64,000 nucleotides of DNA from Paramoeba atlantica (GCA_977017575.1 CDRNVI010000158.1:1-64000); one strand, 5' to 3'; counted from the first letter of the stretch, positions 45,988 to 59,049 are shown. A program made the numbers and translations. The notes: generated by a model not told the origin, from the letters alone.

Positions 45988-48900
45988 ATGGCCTTGACAG
46001 CCCAACAACAAGCAGTTTTGGCCCGGCCTGAATGGCAATCAGATGAACAAGCTGGGTTTTGTAATCGATGTGAGGAAATTTTCTCTTTCTTTTTGCGAAA
46101 ACATCACTGCCGAAACTGTGGAATGGTTTTTTGTTACAATTGTACCCCAAATACATTCGATCTTCCTCCAGGTTTTTTTCTTTTTCTTTTTCTTTTCTTT
46201 TTCAAAAATTGGAATCAAAAGAAGAAAGAAAACTTTTATGAAAGTCAAGATGTGTTGTTTTATTTTTTCTGATGTTTGTTTTCGTGGTGTAGAATGGGGA
46301 TATTCTGGACCTCAGAGAGTCTGTATTGATTGTTTCTTCAAATTGGCCAAAGAACAAGAGTTAAAAACTTCAACAAAAGATGAATTAATGATTCTCCAAT
46401 TTTTCTTGAGAGATTCTCAAGTTTATCGGTTTTCTTTTCCCTTTCCCTCCTGTTCTTCGAAGAGATCTCGAGAATATCCAACAATCTTTCGACTGATCCT
46501 TCTCTTTTCTTTTTCTTTTTCTTTTCTTTTTGAAATTAGAATGAGATCCCGAGATGTCTATGATATGGGAACAAGAACAGCGCCTGAAAAAACACCAGCA
46601 TGTGCAGAATTCCTCGATAAACAAGATTCAAAATCAGATCACATTGCCACTTTGATAAGTACAGAACATGCACCCCAATCTCTCTCTTCTGCACAAACAA
46701 AGAAAAATTGGGAAAGGGTTTTGTATAGTTTGGACCATCCTTTTCTATTGCCTGTTTTAGAGGTAAACATTTTTACTTTTTTCTCTTTTGTTTGTTTTTT
46801 GTTTTTTCTTCTTCGAAGCCATCTCTATGTTTGAAGGATCGAATCTTTTTTTTTTTGTTCTTTGATCCAACCACCTCAATGTATATCAATAACTTGTGTT
46901 TTTGTTTTAATTAAAGGCTGATACTCTTCTTGATCGAAATCGAGTGGTGCTCTTTCGTCCCTATTGCAGTAAAGGGAGCTTACGAGATCTTATTTATCGA
47001 GTCAGTGGTAATTAATGTTTCTTTAACCTTGACTTTCTTCTTTCTCTCTCTTCTCGTTCTTTTTTGTGATGTTGTTCTTTTTCTTCTTTCTTTTCGATTT
47101 AACTCAATAGTTTTTTCTTGTCCTGATCACAATTTAATAGACCCCAAAAACCCCTCTCGAAAAAAGTATCCCCTAAAAGTCCCTTTTAAAGAATATGATG
47201 ATTTATTGGGGATGCCAGAGTCGATTGAAGATGAAAAATGTTACAGTGATTTAAAAGAATCATTCATCAAAGAAAGTTGTCGTCAAATTTTGGAGGGGTT
47301 GTTGTATCTTCAAAGGAGTCGTGTACCTTATCCTCATTTGCACACTGGGAACGTGATGGTTCAGGTTATTTTTGGCTATTTTTCTTTTTTTTTTTGGATT
47401 GTTCTTTTTCTTTTTTCTTTTTTGGGTTTTCTTTGGATGGTGTTGTAAAAATCATGGACTTTGTTTTTGGTTGAATGAGTTGAGTTTGAGACAACGGATC
47501 CTGTGAGATAGTTGGGGTATTGGGATTTTGGTTTGAATTTGGCGTGTGTAGTTTTTTTTTTGGTTGATTGGTTGATAAAGCTCTGAAAAAATTATTTTTC
47601 TTCGTTCAATTGGGTTTATTCTAACAGATTTTTCCACCTTTTTCAGAAAAAACGATGTTGTTTGTCTGACTTCGAAAACATTACTTGCGGATTAAAGCCT
47701 TTTTATACTTTGACCCTCCGCAACACTGCTCCTGAGGTTAATACTTAATATGAAAAGATTAATTTTTTCAGAGACAAAAAGTCTTTTGTATCTTCTCTGA
47801 TACAAAAAGTCTTTTGTATCTTCTCTGATATCCATACTTTCTCTTTTTTTTTTGCCTCACAGGTTGAGTGTTTTGGAAATGTCTTGTATGAAATGACGAT
47901 GGGTTTTCCAAGGTTCTTTTTTTTGTTGAGATGGATTCATTTCCCCCCCTTTGTCTTTCCTCTTTTTTTTTAACTGTCTTTTTTCTTATTTTTAGGTGCC
48001 CACACATTTTGGATCCATCAAAAAATTTAGTTCACCCAAAAACATGTCCAACCGATATCTCAGAGGTGGGTGGTGTTTCTGTTTTTTTCTGTGTTTCTGA
48101 GTTTTAATGGTGTGTGGTGTTTGTTGTTGTTTGTTGTTGTTAATGTTCCTATCTCTTCGAAAGAAAGCTTCTCTTTTTTTTTATTTCATGATGAGACAAT
48201 AGGTGTTACAAGCGATTTTTCTTGGTGGAGAAACTCCAATGACACTCGAGCTATTACTTGAATTGCCCATTTTTGCAGATGTAAAACTAAAAAACCAAGA
48301 GGCAATTCCAACGAAGGTTGGGGACTTTTATTTCTTTCAATTCAAAGATTTCGTTCATATTTTATTGAGAAAACTAACTTCTTTTGTTTTCTTATTTGAA
48401 AATAGATGAAAGGAATGACAAAAGGAATGGCTGCGTATCTTCAAGAGCTTCGTAATGCAAGTGATAAACAACTACAAGAAAATTTCGAGAAACAAACAGA
48501 GAGAGTTGCAGAACTTGCATCTCAAAGGGCACAAAAAGAAGAGGAAAGAAAAGCAAAGAACGAACAACAATCAACTCGGGCTCAATTGGCCGCTCAAGGG
48601 GTGTTGGGGGAATCAGGTGTGTTTTTCTTCGCTCACTTTTTTCAACCTTTTTTTTCTTTCACACTTCTCACACAAACATATATTTTTGAAATACAGAGCA
48701 TGCCTATTCAAAAGGAAGACGACCTGGAGAACAAGCACGGCGTGCTTTGAGTCCAAGTCGTTCAAATGCAGAACATGATTTGGCTGAAGATGGACGAAGA
48801 AAAAGGAAGAAGAAATCAAAGACAGGTTCTAATTCTTCTGTGGCTACATCAGCTGCTCCAACTTCACCTCCAACAACTCCTTCGCCAGCTCCTACTTCAC

Positions 48901-49330
48901 CTACTCCAGCTCCTTCTGCTCCACCACCAGCTCCTACACCTCCTCCAGCTCCATCTGCTCCACCACCCCCATCAGGTTTTTTTTTTTCTTTCTCTTTTTT
49001 CTTTCTCTTTTTTCTTTCTCTTTTTTCTTTCTCTTTTTTTCTCTTTTTTCTTTCCTTTTATGTGTTGAGATGTTTTTTCTTTTCTTTTTAGGTGGTCCTC
49101 CCCCTCCAAAACCTCCCCCACCTGGACCACCACCTTCAACAAGCTCTGCTCCTCCACCAGCTTCTTCAGGTAGAAATGCTCTTCTTGATTCAATCCGAAA
49201 TCCAGGGAAGTCATTGAAGAAGACAACGACTGTGGACAAAAGTGTGCCAAAACATCTTCGGTTTTATTTCTTCTTTCCTTGTCAAACGGATGAAAGATTT
49301 GTTCTTAATTTTTTTTTCTAAAATAGATGA
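45988..49330 (+). CDS. FYVE - PXK/Slob-type pseudokinase - Pro-rich - WH2 protein (slob1-like)
   Basis: FYVE WQSD..CNRC..RKHHCRNCGMVFC..RVC. Kinase-like HPFLLP, KGSLRDLIY, RQILEGLLYL, PHLHTGNV, LSDFEN. WH2 GRNALLDSIRNPGKSLKK. Final intron gives LR-TGA at 49328-49330. Confidence 0.88.
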
Positions 49331-49800
49331 GTTGTTTTTTCACCTTCTCTTTTGTGCCACAAAAAAAAAACAAATGAAGTTGTTTGTTGAGTTTTTCTTG
49401 GCTTCCCCTCTCAACAATAACAAAAGGATTAAAATATGAAAAAAGAAAAAAGTAAAAAAGAAAAGGAAAAAAAATAAAAAGGGTTCAATTTTTCATTCTT
49501 TTTGTTGAGAATTACTTTTACCGACAAGAAAAGCGACACTCCCTCCCAATTCTCTTTCGAGGTAGTGAGAGGTTTTTTTATAAAAATATCTATTTTTTAT
49601 TGCGAAAAAATACGCCTTCAAAAAGGAGAAACAGAGACAAAAAGACTATCTCCTCAACGAAAAATGATGCTTTTCGCAACAATGTGTGAAATTCGTCTTT
49701 TTCCTTCTCTCCTTTTCTCATTTTTTTTTCTCTTATGGAAGGTGTTGTTGCTCTCGAATAATAATAGGTTTATTTCTTTCAAATTTCTCAATTGAAAAAA

Positions 49801-50496
49801 TTAACACAAAGGAGCATTGGTGACTTTTCGGAAAAAAGACTTCCCAGAAAGCATCGCAAAAACTCGATCCAAATTCTTTTCACGAGCAAAACCAAGAAGC
49901 CCAATGGGAATACTGAAGAGAGGCAAAACAGCAATATAAATTGCATGTGATAAAACTTGCTGCCAATTTGTGAGATAACATGAAGCCCCTCCAATACTAT
50001 GCTCATCATCAGAATAATCATCTGCGATCCCAAAGACAATAACAACAAGCATGATTGGAATTGCGGTGACAGCGAGTTGGCATCCCAAGATCAAATGTCT
50101 GGCCACACCTCTTTCAAAATTAAGACCAGGGAAAAGAACCCAAAAACCACCTGAAAGGTCAGACTGGCGAACAAACCCAAACCAACCTCTCTCGGTTGCA
50201 CGCATCATTCCAATAGGAGCGAACGCAAGGGACAATACCGGACTTGCAAAAGTAGAGATGAAAAGTGGACAGAGAACTTGAACTGAAAAGCATTCATACC
50301 CATCCGAACCTAACCGAACAAAGAGCAACCAGAAAAAGAAGAGAATCACAGAAAACGAGACCACAATACTGAAGAACAACTGACCAAGCAAGAAAGGGGT
50401 TTTCAACAAGGCTAAAGGGGTGAAATATTCTCGTTTTTTTTCGTCATTGATTCCTCCAATCAACCCCACCTTTTCCGCAACGGATGATGTGGACAT
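49801..50496 (-). CDS. Hypothetical 4-TM membrane protein
   Basis: ORF with four hydrophobic stretches; first ATG at 50496. Confidence 0.7.
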   Translation of the reverse strand: MSTSSVAEKVGLIGGINDEKKREYFTPLALLKTPFLLGQLFFSIVVSFSVILFFFWLLFVRLGSDGYECFSVQVLCPLFISTFASPVLSLAFAPIGMMRATERGWFGFVRQSDLSGGFWVLFPGLNFERGVARHLILGCQLAVTAIPIMLVVIVFGIADDYSDDEHSIGGASCYLTNWQQVLSHAIYIAVLPLFSIPIGLLGFAREKNLDRVFAMLSGKSFFRKVTNAPLC

Positions 50497-50801
50497 GAGC
50501 TTCTTCGACAAGAAAAAAAATAAAAAAGCTTGTTTGGCTTCCTTCCTTTTTCAGAAAGCCATCAGCTTTGCTTTTCACCAGAAAGAGAAAAAAGAGCCAA
50601 CAGAAAAAAGCCGCACTCCCTCAGAAAGATTCTAACTTTTTTATTCTAAATTGAGAATTTTTTTTGTTGGGAAATTGGTCAGAAAAAGAGAAAATTACAA
50701 AAACAAAAAGACCACTCCCTCTCTTCATTTAACAAAAATCGAAAAGTTTCTTTTTCTCCGTCGCCTTTTCGTTCGTGGAGGGGGGTGTTGTTTCATCAGT
50801 G

Positions 50802-51595
50802 ATGGCGATCCCAAACGTGATGATTTGGTCTCACCCAAGAGCCATATCCACTGCTTTTCTTCGTTCTTTTGAAGGTCCCAAAGTTTATGACTGAGAATTT
50901 TTTTCGAACGGGTGGACGACTCAGAGGAGAAATCATTTGGAGATTTTTTTGAAAAGTTTGTTGCGAAAGGACCTTTTGTTTGGAAAGAACATCCCTACCA
51001 TTTTCGAGTCAATGACTGGGTGAAGCTCGAGGAAGAGAAAGAACGTCTCAAAAAGATGAAACACATCTTTATCATTCGTCACCCAGAACGTGCGATGGCT
51101 TCAATGAGAAGTAAGATGCTTAAGACCAACATGTCAAGAGAGAATCCTGAAATGGTTCCGTTTAAAAAAGACTGGGGATTAATGGATCTTTCAGAAAAAG
51201 AATTCACCGTTTTTTTCTCTGGTTATGAAGGCCAACTGATTCTCTTTGAGATGTTATGTAAAATGGGAGAAAGACCTCTCATCATTGATGCTGATGATTT
51301 AACTTCTGACCCTCAACCTTTCCTTGACGAATTGTGTAAGAGAGCTGAATTTCCTTGGACTGGAGAGAAGATGATGACTTGGGAAGGGGAGATGAAAGAC
51401 GTTCACCCACTTATTGCTCCTTGGTTTGATATTGCGAATGGGTCGACTGGTTTTGTCAAGAAAAATTTGGGAACATCAAAAGACCATCTTGCTGGATGTT
51501 CGCCTGAGCTTCGTGAGAGTGTTCGAATTGCAATCAGTGAAGTTCTTCCTTTTTATGAAAAACTCAAAAAACACGCAATCACAATTGATAAATAA
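50802..51595 (+). pseudogene. Sulfotransferase-like P-loop protein, copy 1, disrupted by a ~40-nt deletion
   Basis: Same start as copy 2 (MAIPNVMIWSHPRA.STAF), but aaatccctc..gttcggt is missing, giving TGA at 50892-50894 and a frame change. Confidence 0.8.
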
Positions 51596-51856
51596 CAAAT
51601 AAATATCTCACAACCCACCCCATTCTGCTGGATTCCAAAAGAGATGAATGACTTTTTGTCCACAGAAAACAAAAACCCCAAACCAAAGAAACAAAACTCA
51701 CAAAAAAACGATTCGGAGAATGACCGTCAAAATTGAACCAAAATCGTTTTTTTGTGGGTCTGCAAAAACTCACAAAAATTTTCTGTTCTTTTTCGTTTTC
51801 CTTTTTCTCTTTTCCTTTCTTTCTCTCCGCCTTTTCACGAAAGTTGGTCGGTAGTG

Positions 51857-52687
51857 ATGGCGATCCCAAACGTGATGATTTGGTCTCACCCAAGAGCTAT
51901 GTCCACTGCTTTTCTTCGTTCTTTTGAAGGTCCCAAAGTTTATGACAAATCCCTCATCAAGAGCGAACCAGTCTTGGAAGTTCGGTTGAGAGGCTTTTTC
52001 GATCCAGATGATTCCCTCGAGAAATCTTTTGGGGAGTTGTTTGATAAATTCATTGCAAAAGGACCTTTTGTTTGGAAAGAACACCCCTACCACCTTCAAA
52101 TTAATAATTGGGTGAAGTATGAAGAAGAGAAAGAACGTTTCAAAAAGGTGAAACACATCTTTATCATCCGTCACCCAGAACGTGCGATGGCCTCGTCGAT
52201 GAGAATGTTGCGCAAGACCAACATGTCAAGGGAGAATCCTGATATGGTCCCACTCTACAAAGACTGGGGATTAACGGGTCTTTCTCAAAAAGATTTATGT
52301 AAGACTGTCTCTGGTTATGAAGGCCAACTGATTCTCTTTGAGAAACTGATTGAAATGGGGGAAAAGCCTCTTGTGATTGATGCTGATGATTTAACTTCTG
52401 ACCCTCAACCCTTTCTTGACGAATTGTGTAAGAGAGCTGAATTTCCTTGGACTGGAGAGAAGATGATGACTTGGGAAGGGGAGATGAAAGACGTTTCTCC
52501 ACTTCTCGCTCCTTGGTTTGATGTTGCGAATGGGTCGACTGGTTTTATCAAGAAAAATTTGGGAACATCAAAAGACCATCTTGCTGCCTGTTCGCCTGAG
52601 GATCGTGAAGATGTTCGAATTGCAATTGATGAAGTTCTTCCTTTTTACGAGAAAATGAAAAAACATGCACTCTCACTTGGGGAATAA
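51857..52687 (+). CDS. Sulfotransferase-like P-loop protein, copy 2, intact and intronless
   Basis: WSHPRAMSTAF (5'-PSB-like loop), FIIRHPERAMAS (R-x7-S), PLVIDADDL..P..L..LC, MMTW. Confidence 0.85.
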   Translation: MAIPNVMIWSHPRAMSTAFLRSFEGPKVYDKSLIKSEPVLEVRLRGFFDPDDSLEKSFGELFDKFIAKGPFVWKEHPYHLQINNWVKYEEEKERFKKVKHIFIIRHPERAMASSMRMLRKTNMSRENPDMVPLYKDWGLTGLSQKDLCKTVSGYEGQLILFEKLIEMGEKPLVIDADDLTSDPQPFLDELCKRAEFPWTGEKMMTWEGEMKDVSPLLAPWFDVANGSTGFIKKNLGTSKDHLAACSPEDREDVRIAIDEVLPFYEKMKKHALSLGE

Positions 52688-52957
52688 AATCCAATTTTTT
52701 TGGGGAAAGAACAATTTCTTTCCCAAAATATTTAAAACAATTCAATCCAAATTTTTTTTCGATTCAAATAACCCCTCTGACATTGAAATAATTTTGAAAA
52801 TAATCCTGATTTCAATCCTGATTCTTTATTTGGTTATTTGTGTTTTGCGTTGTTTTTTCTTTTTTTCTTCTTGTTCTGAGAAAAATCACTAAGGAGAAAA
52901 AAAGAGAACCCGTTTCCGAAAGAAAGGAAGAAACAAAGAGAAAGAAGGAGGGAGAGG

Positions 52958-55900
52958 ATGGGAGAAAAGAGTGAAAAAGGGAGAGATGGGGTGTTGGTTC
53001 AAATTGTGACAAAAGAAACGGGTGTTGAGAAGGGTTTTATTCACGATCGGAATTTTGTGATCTACATAATCTCTGTTCATCTCAAAAGAGAAGGAGAGAC
53101 AACAGAAGAGAAGAAAGAGGGAGAAAGTGAAGGTGAAGATGATCAAAAGTTAGTTAAGTTAATTCTGATTCGAGTTCGGTTTTCTGAGTTGGTAACGCTT
53201 CGAGATTCTCTTGCCAAGAGATATCCCGATGTTCCTTCTCTTGGAAAGGGAGCTTTGGGAGGTTTTTCCCTTTTCTCTTTTTCCCTTTTCTCTTTTTCCC
53301 TCTCGAGACTCTCACTCTCTTTTCTCTCTTTGAGCATCCTTTAAAAAGGAAACTGATCTTCTTTTTCTTTTCCTTTTTCACCAAAAAACAGGGAAAGCAC
53401 CAGACTTAGAAAAAAGGGAGAAGAGAATTGTCAAAATTTTTCACCATTTTTTCTCTTCTGGTTTGTTACGAAATAGCACGGAAATGAAAGAATTTTTGAA
53501 AACGAACCAAATGAAAGATGACTCAAGTTTTTTGGTTGAGATTGATTCTGATCTTTCTCTTCCTCCACATACAGGCTCTTCTTCCCCAGCACCATCCCCA
53601 TCCTCACCTCCTTTACAACAACAGTCACCTTCTCCTGATACTCCTCCTCCTTTAATCACAACAATGCCATCTAGCAGTTTTCCTGATCCTAAACAACAAC
53701 ATCAACATCAAAAGAACAAAAAGGCGATGTCTTCTTCCTCTCCAAACCCTTCTTCTCCAAACCCTTCTCTTAGTCCGATATCTCCATCAAACCTCCCGCA
53801 ATCATCAAGTCGACCAATCAATTCTGGTCTTTCTTCTTCTTTTGATTTTTCAACTTCTCCTCGCCCTTTATCTGCTACTTCTCCTCCTTCTCCTTCTCCT
53901 TCCAAAGGAGGGAGATTCCCTTCACAGAGAGCTCCGCCAGTTCCAGCGAAACCAAAAATTCCTGCCAAACCTGTTCATCTTTCTTCTTCTGATTCGAATC
54001 CTTCTCTTTCTCCTCCTTCTTCCATATCTCCCTCCCTTTCATCTGCTCCTTCTTCTCCTTCTCCTTCTCCTTCTCCTTCCCCTTCTCCTTCTCCTTCTTC
54101 TCCTCCTCCTTCTTCTCCTCCTCCTTCTCCTTCTTCTCCTCCTTCTTCTCCTCCTCCTATTACTCTCGCTCCTCGTCCTGTTTCTCCTTCAGTGAGTTCC
54201 ACAAGAACGCGACCACTCCCTCCCACAAAACCGCTTCATCTTACTTCTAATCCTTCTCCTCCTGTTGTCACTTTAGAAAAAAATGTCCCCTCAAAACCTC
54301 TCCCTCCTCCCCCTCGCCCAACTTCTCCCCTTGATTTTGGTAAGGTCGATGCTGGGACTGTGATTTCCACCAAAAATGACCACCAAGAAATTTCTCGCTC
54401 TCCTCCAGGGATTGGGATCCAACAAGATCAACAACAACGACCCCAACCACAACAACTTTTGCAACCACCATCACGTTCTCTCTCTCCTTCTCCAATTTCT
54501 TCTCTTGATCGCCCAATTTCTGTATTAAGATCGGTTTCTCCCCAACCAACAAGGGATGCCCCTTCCCCTCCTCGTCAGCGAGCTCAAACAGTTTCCTCTT
54601 CTATTCCATCTACGGCTCCTCCTCTCCCTCTATCTTCTGTTCCAGATCCAGGAAAAGAAGAGTCAACAAATGTTGATGAAAGAGAAGAAAGAGGAGAAGA
54701 AAGAAAGAGATCTCAAACTCAGACCTCAGAAGCACAAGATATGAGAGCTGGGGGAGGACCTATCCCAATAATGCCTTCTGGGATGCTAGAAGAAATGAAA
54801 ATGAGAGGAAGGGGGAGAGGAGAGAGGGGAGGGATTTTAGTTCGAAGAGGAGATGGGAGAGGAAGAGTGATTATGAGAGGTAGAGGTAGAAGAAGGGGGG
54901 TGCCTTTCATCAGTGGGGCGAGAGGAGGAGCGGTAGGAGGAGGGGAAAGAGGGGAAAGTAGATCTACACCTCATCTTGCCTCAACTCAAGAACCAATTCC
55001 GACTTCTTCTTCTGAGATTTCGTCAGCCCCTGCAATCCCTGAGATGAAACAAGAACAAGAAGATGGAAGTCTTGGGGAAGTGGAAAATAAAGATAAGAAA
55101 GAGGGAGAGAACGAAGAAGGGGTTGAAGCAACAACAACAGCAACAACAACAACAGCATCAGCTACGGTCCCAAATTCCCCTCAACGGAGTGAAAAACGCG
55201 GATTAATGACTCGAAAACTATCAGTCGCCAACCTGTCCTCTGACGCTTTTCCTGCGAAAGATGCAGAGAGAAATTCAAGAGATTCAAGAAATTCCCTTTC
55301 CGATCGAGAAAGTTCCATTGATAAGGAAGAAACTGCGCCAACTTTCTTAGATATTGAAGAGAAAGGAAAAGATCAACTTGACCCTCCTCTATCTTCTTCC
55401 TCTCCTTCTTCTCCCTCTCCCTCTCCTTGTCCTTCTCCTCTTTCTTCCTCTCCTCTTTCTTCCTCTCCTTCTTCCTCTCTTTCCCCTCCGCATCCAAGCT
55501 CATCTCCTTGTTCTTCTCCACGTCCTCCTCCTCGTGTTGCTCCACCAATCGAAGAAGAAGAGGAAACAGAAGAAATGAAACTGGAAAAAATGAAAAAGCT
55601 TCGATTTCGAATTGCATCGGAAATTGTTTCAACCGAAGAAACGTATATTTCGAATTTGAAATTAATTATTAATATTTTTTTAAATCCTTTGAAAAAGCAA
55701 TATAAGATTCCTCCCCATTTTTTCTCCCTTGAGGTTTCTTTTTCTTTTTCAATTCTCTCCTTTACTTTTTCAATCTTTGATTTCAACTTTTATTTTGTAA
55801 TTTTAAAATAATTGTTTTAGCTTCTTTTGGGGGTAAATGAAGTTTTGTATAAGGAGCTAAAAAGTCGTTTGGAGAATTGGTCATTTGAGGTATCCACATT

Positions 55901-58360
55901 TTTAAAACCAAGATTCCCAGTCTACCTTCTTCATTTCTCATCTCTTAAATTAAAACTTCCTTTTATTCTCCCTCATTTTATTTCTTTCCCCCAGACAAAA
56001 ATTGGAGATGCTATCCAAGGTTTGGCTCCCTATTTGAAAATGTACTCAACCTATGCTATGAAATATGAAGTAGCATTGGGAGAATATTTGAAAATGGTGG
56101 CGGAAAATAGCCACTTTGCAAAGGCTCATGCGAATTGTGCAAAGAAAGTTGATAGTAAATTGACTTTTGAGTCATTGGTAATTCAACCAATCCAAAGAAT
56201 TCCCAGGTTGTCCATTTTTTTTTGTGAAAGATTGAAAATTTGGATTCACAAAAGAATTAAAATATTTGACACACTATTCATTCATTCATCAAAATGAAAG
56301 ATAATTACAATTTGTATGAGAAATCTCACCCACATTATTATTAGATACAACCTTCTCCTTCGAGATTTATTATCAAAAACCCCAGAAGATCATCCTGATC
56401 ATGAAAATTTACAAAAAGCTTTACGAATGATTGAGGAAGTTGCGGCAACAATCAATGAGCATGTGAGGCAAGAAGAGAAGGTTTACTACTTTTCTTTTTC
56501 TCTCTTTCCTCTTTCTTTCATTCTTGAAATTTATTTTCTTTCTGAAAAGGCGAGATCTTTACACGCAATATCAAAATCGATTTCTGGATTACCAGATCTT
56601 GTTGTCCCACATAGACGTTTATTGAGAGAAGGGGAGTTAGTCAGTGTTGACAAGCAAGGAAAAAAGGTTCAATTTATTTTCTTTTTGAGTTTGAGAAGAG
56701 AAAGTGAGACTTCAATCCAGTACAGTACCACTTTTTAAATTTCCCCCAGATTCTTCTTTTTGTTCTTTTCTCTTTTCTTACACAAGATTTATTTATTTCC
56801 CCACAGCAACTTCTATTACTGTTTAATGATGCTGTTGTTGTGGCGAATAAAGGAGGCTTCTTGGCCAAGAAGAAGTATGAATCTGAGTTGATGTGGGATT
56901 TAGAATTGTCTTGGTTGATGATGCTTGAACCACCTGGTTTGTTTTTTCCTTTTGTTTTGGAAGTAAAAAAAAAATTCAAAAAACAAAACCAAATCTGAAC
57001 ACTCTTTTCCAAAAAAAAAACAGAGGTCATCAATGCGTATAAGAATATTTCTGGTTTCTCATTTGGAGGAAACAAAGAAATTCAAGATGACATATTTTTC
57101 CGAATCATTCACCCAGAAGGGCACTATCTTTTTGCCGCGACAGATGCGAAAGAAAGAGGCGAATGGCTTACAGACATAGCTCGCGCAATCTCTGCTCGTC
57201 TCTCCCATCTCAGCCAAGAAGAAGGCCCCCTTAGAAGAGGAAAACAAGTTTACAAGAGTAAATTAGAGACTTATGACGGAAATTTTTCGGTTGGGAGGAG
57301 AGAAGGAGAGGGGACTTTTTCTTATCCGAATGGGTCGAATTACCAAGGTTCTTGGGAAGGTGATTTGGAGAGTGGTGTTGGAGCGATCAAGTATTTTGAG
57401 AGAGAAAAGAAGAAAGAAGAAGAAGGGGGAGGGAAAGGGAAAGCTGGAGGAAAGAAGGGAGGAGGAAAAGGAAGTGGTTTAACTCCTGATTGGACATTTG
57501 AAGGAGATTTCGAGAATGGGGGTGGGGAAGAAGGAGTTCAAGAAGAGAAAGAAGCCCCTCCTTTCTTTTCTTACCAAGGATCGTTTTCTAGAGGGATTAT
57601 GAAGGGGGTGGGGACTGTTACTTTTTTGACCGGAGATATATATCAAGGAGAGCTTGATCGAGGGGAACCACACGGAAAGGGAAAAATGAAATGGAGTTGT
57701 GGTGGAACTTTTGAAGGAGATTGGGCTCGCGGAGCGATGGTAAAAGGGAGACTCTGTTCTGCTTTTGAACAACAAGTTTTTGAAGGAGAATTTGAAAATG
57801 GAAAGAGAAATGGGTTTGGGATGATGAAATATAAGCACGGGGGAAGCTATGAAGGGTATTGGGTGGCAGATTTAAAAGAAGGAAATGGTGAATTTATTGA
57901 TGCAGATAGATCAGTTTATAAGGGTGCCTGGGTAAAAGGAAAGAGAGTCGGAGGGAAAATGACATATGCAAATGGGGATTGTTACAAAGGAGATTTTAAA
58001 AATGATATGAAAGATGGTAGAGGAGAGATGAAATACGCAAATGAGAGTGTTTATGTTGGAGAGTGGGAGAGAGGGAGAAAAGAGGGGAGAGGAACAATGA
58101 CCTTTTTGGATAAATCTGAATTTAATGGTCATTTTGAAAATGAGTACCCCCACGGACATGGGGTTTTAAAGACAGCAGGAGGGACAAAATATGATGGAAA
58201 TTGGAAAGAGGGAAGATTAGAGGGAAAATGTAAAGTTTTTACCCCTGATGGGCTGACGTTTGAAGGTGTTGTGAGAGAAGGAAAATTTTATGAAGAAGGG
58301 TTAAATCATGGATTTTTTGTTCCGATTTTTCCCAGAAGTTATTCTCTGAGCGAGTGGTGA
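52958..58360 (+). CDS. PX - Pro-rich - DH (RhoGEF) - PH - MORN repeat protein
   Basis: PX (VRFSELVTLRDSL..YPDVPSL..LRNSTEMKEFL). DH (IASEIVSTEETYISNL, PYLKMYSTY, LVIQPIQRIPRYNLLLRDLL..TPEDHPDHENL). PH (RRLLREGEL, LLLFND, EWLTDI). Multiple YxGxWxxG MORN repeats. Confidence 0.9.
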
Positions 58361-58653
58361 TGAATTGAAACAAAACCAAAGAAATAAAAAACAAAAGAGC
58401 TCTAACTTTTTTTGGGGAGGGGTGATGATGTTCCAAGACAGCAGGATGTCGATCACCTCTTCCACTATCCAACAAAATGTCCTCTTCTTCTTCTTCTCCG
58501 ATCTCTGTCTCATTCTCATTACTCATTTTTACCAAACAAAAAGAGAAAAAGACTGGGAAAAGAAACAAAAAAGACAAAACGCAAAAAAAAAAACGAAAAA
58601 AAAAGGCAGTGAAAACAATCAAAACTCTAAATTTGAGTGAATTATTCAAGCAA

Positions 58654-58726
58654 GCCTTCGTAGCTCAGTCGGTAGAGCGCTAGACTCTTAATCTAGTGGC
58701 CGCGGGTTCGAGCCCCGCCGAGGGCT
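58654..58726 (+). tRNA. tRNA-Lys(CTT), intronless
   Basis: Cloverleaf: acceptor GCCTTCG/CGAGGGC, D arm GCTC/GAGC, anticodon arm CTAGA-CTCTTAA-TCTAG, T arm GCGGG-TTCGAGC-CCCGC. Confidence 0.97.
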
Positions 58727-58727
58727 G

Positions 58728-58741
58728 TTTTTTTTTTTTTT
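58728..58741 (+). terminator. Pol III oligo-T terminator
   Basis: Run of more than 10 T starting 2 nt after the tRNA discriminator base. Confidence 0.8.
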
Positions 58742-59049
58742 CCCCTTTTTTTTTCCTTTTTTTTTGTTTTTTTTTTTTTTTGAACGTTATCAGGACAACT
58801 GTCTGCCACCCACTTCTTCCTTCACCTCCACGCTCTCCTCCAAAAGCTTCCTCACACCTTTCCACTTCTACCATCCTCTTTTGATTTTTTGATTTTTTTT
58901 TTTTAAATGAAAGAGATTTTTATTCAAAATAGCTGGCTGTGCTGTAAGGGAAAGGGAATGGTTACACATTCAGCAGAATATCTCACCCAGTGAGGAGGAA
59001 CTGCAGAAAAAGGGGGTAGTACTTTTGGGAATGTTCTTCTTTGTTTGCT

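Noticed and set aside
47774-47829. 28-bp direct repeat, two copies
   Set aside because: Adjacent duplication inside an intron, with no spacers; not CRISPR-like.
58654-58726. Neighbouring tRNA-Lys as the Copia primer
   Set aside because: Its 3' end predicts PBS TGGAGCCCTCGG, not the observed TGGTCTCGAGGG.
58885-58930. Minus-strand AATAAA followed by an A-run, resembling a LINE poly(A) tail
   Set aside because: No minus-strand retroelement ORF lies upstream of it, the adjacent coding remnants are on the plus strand, and T-runs are everywhere in this DNA.
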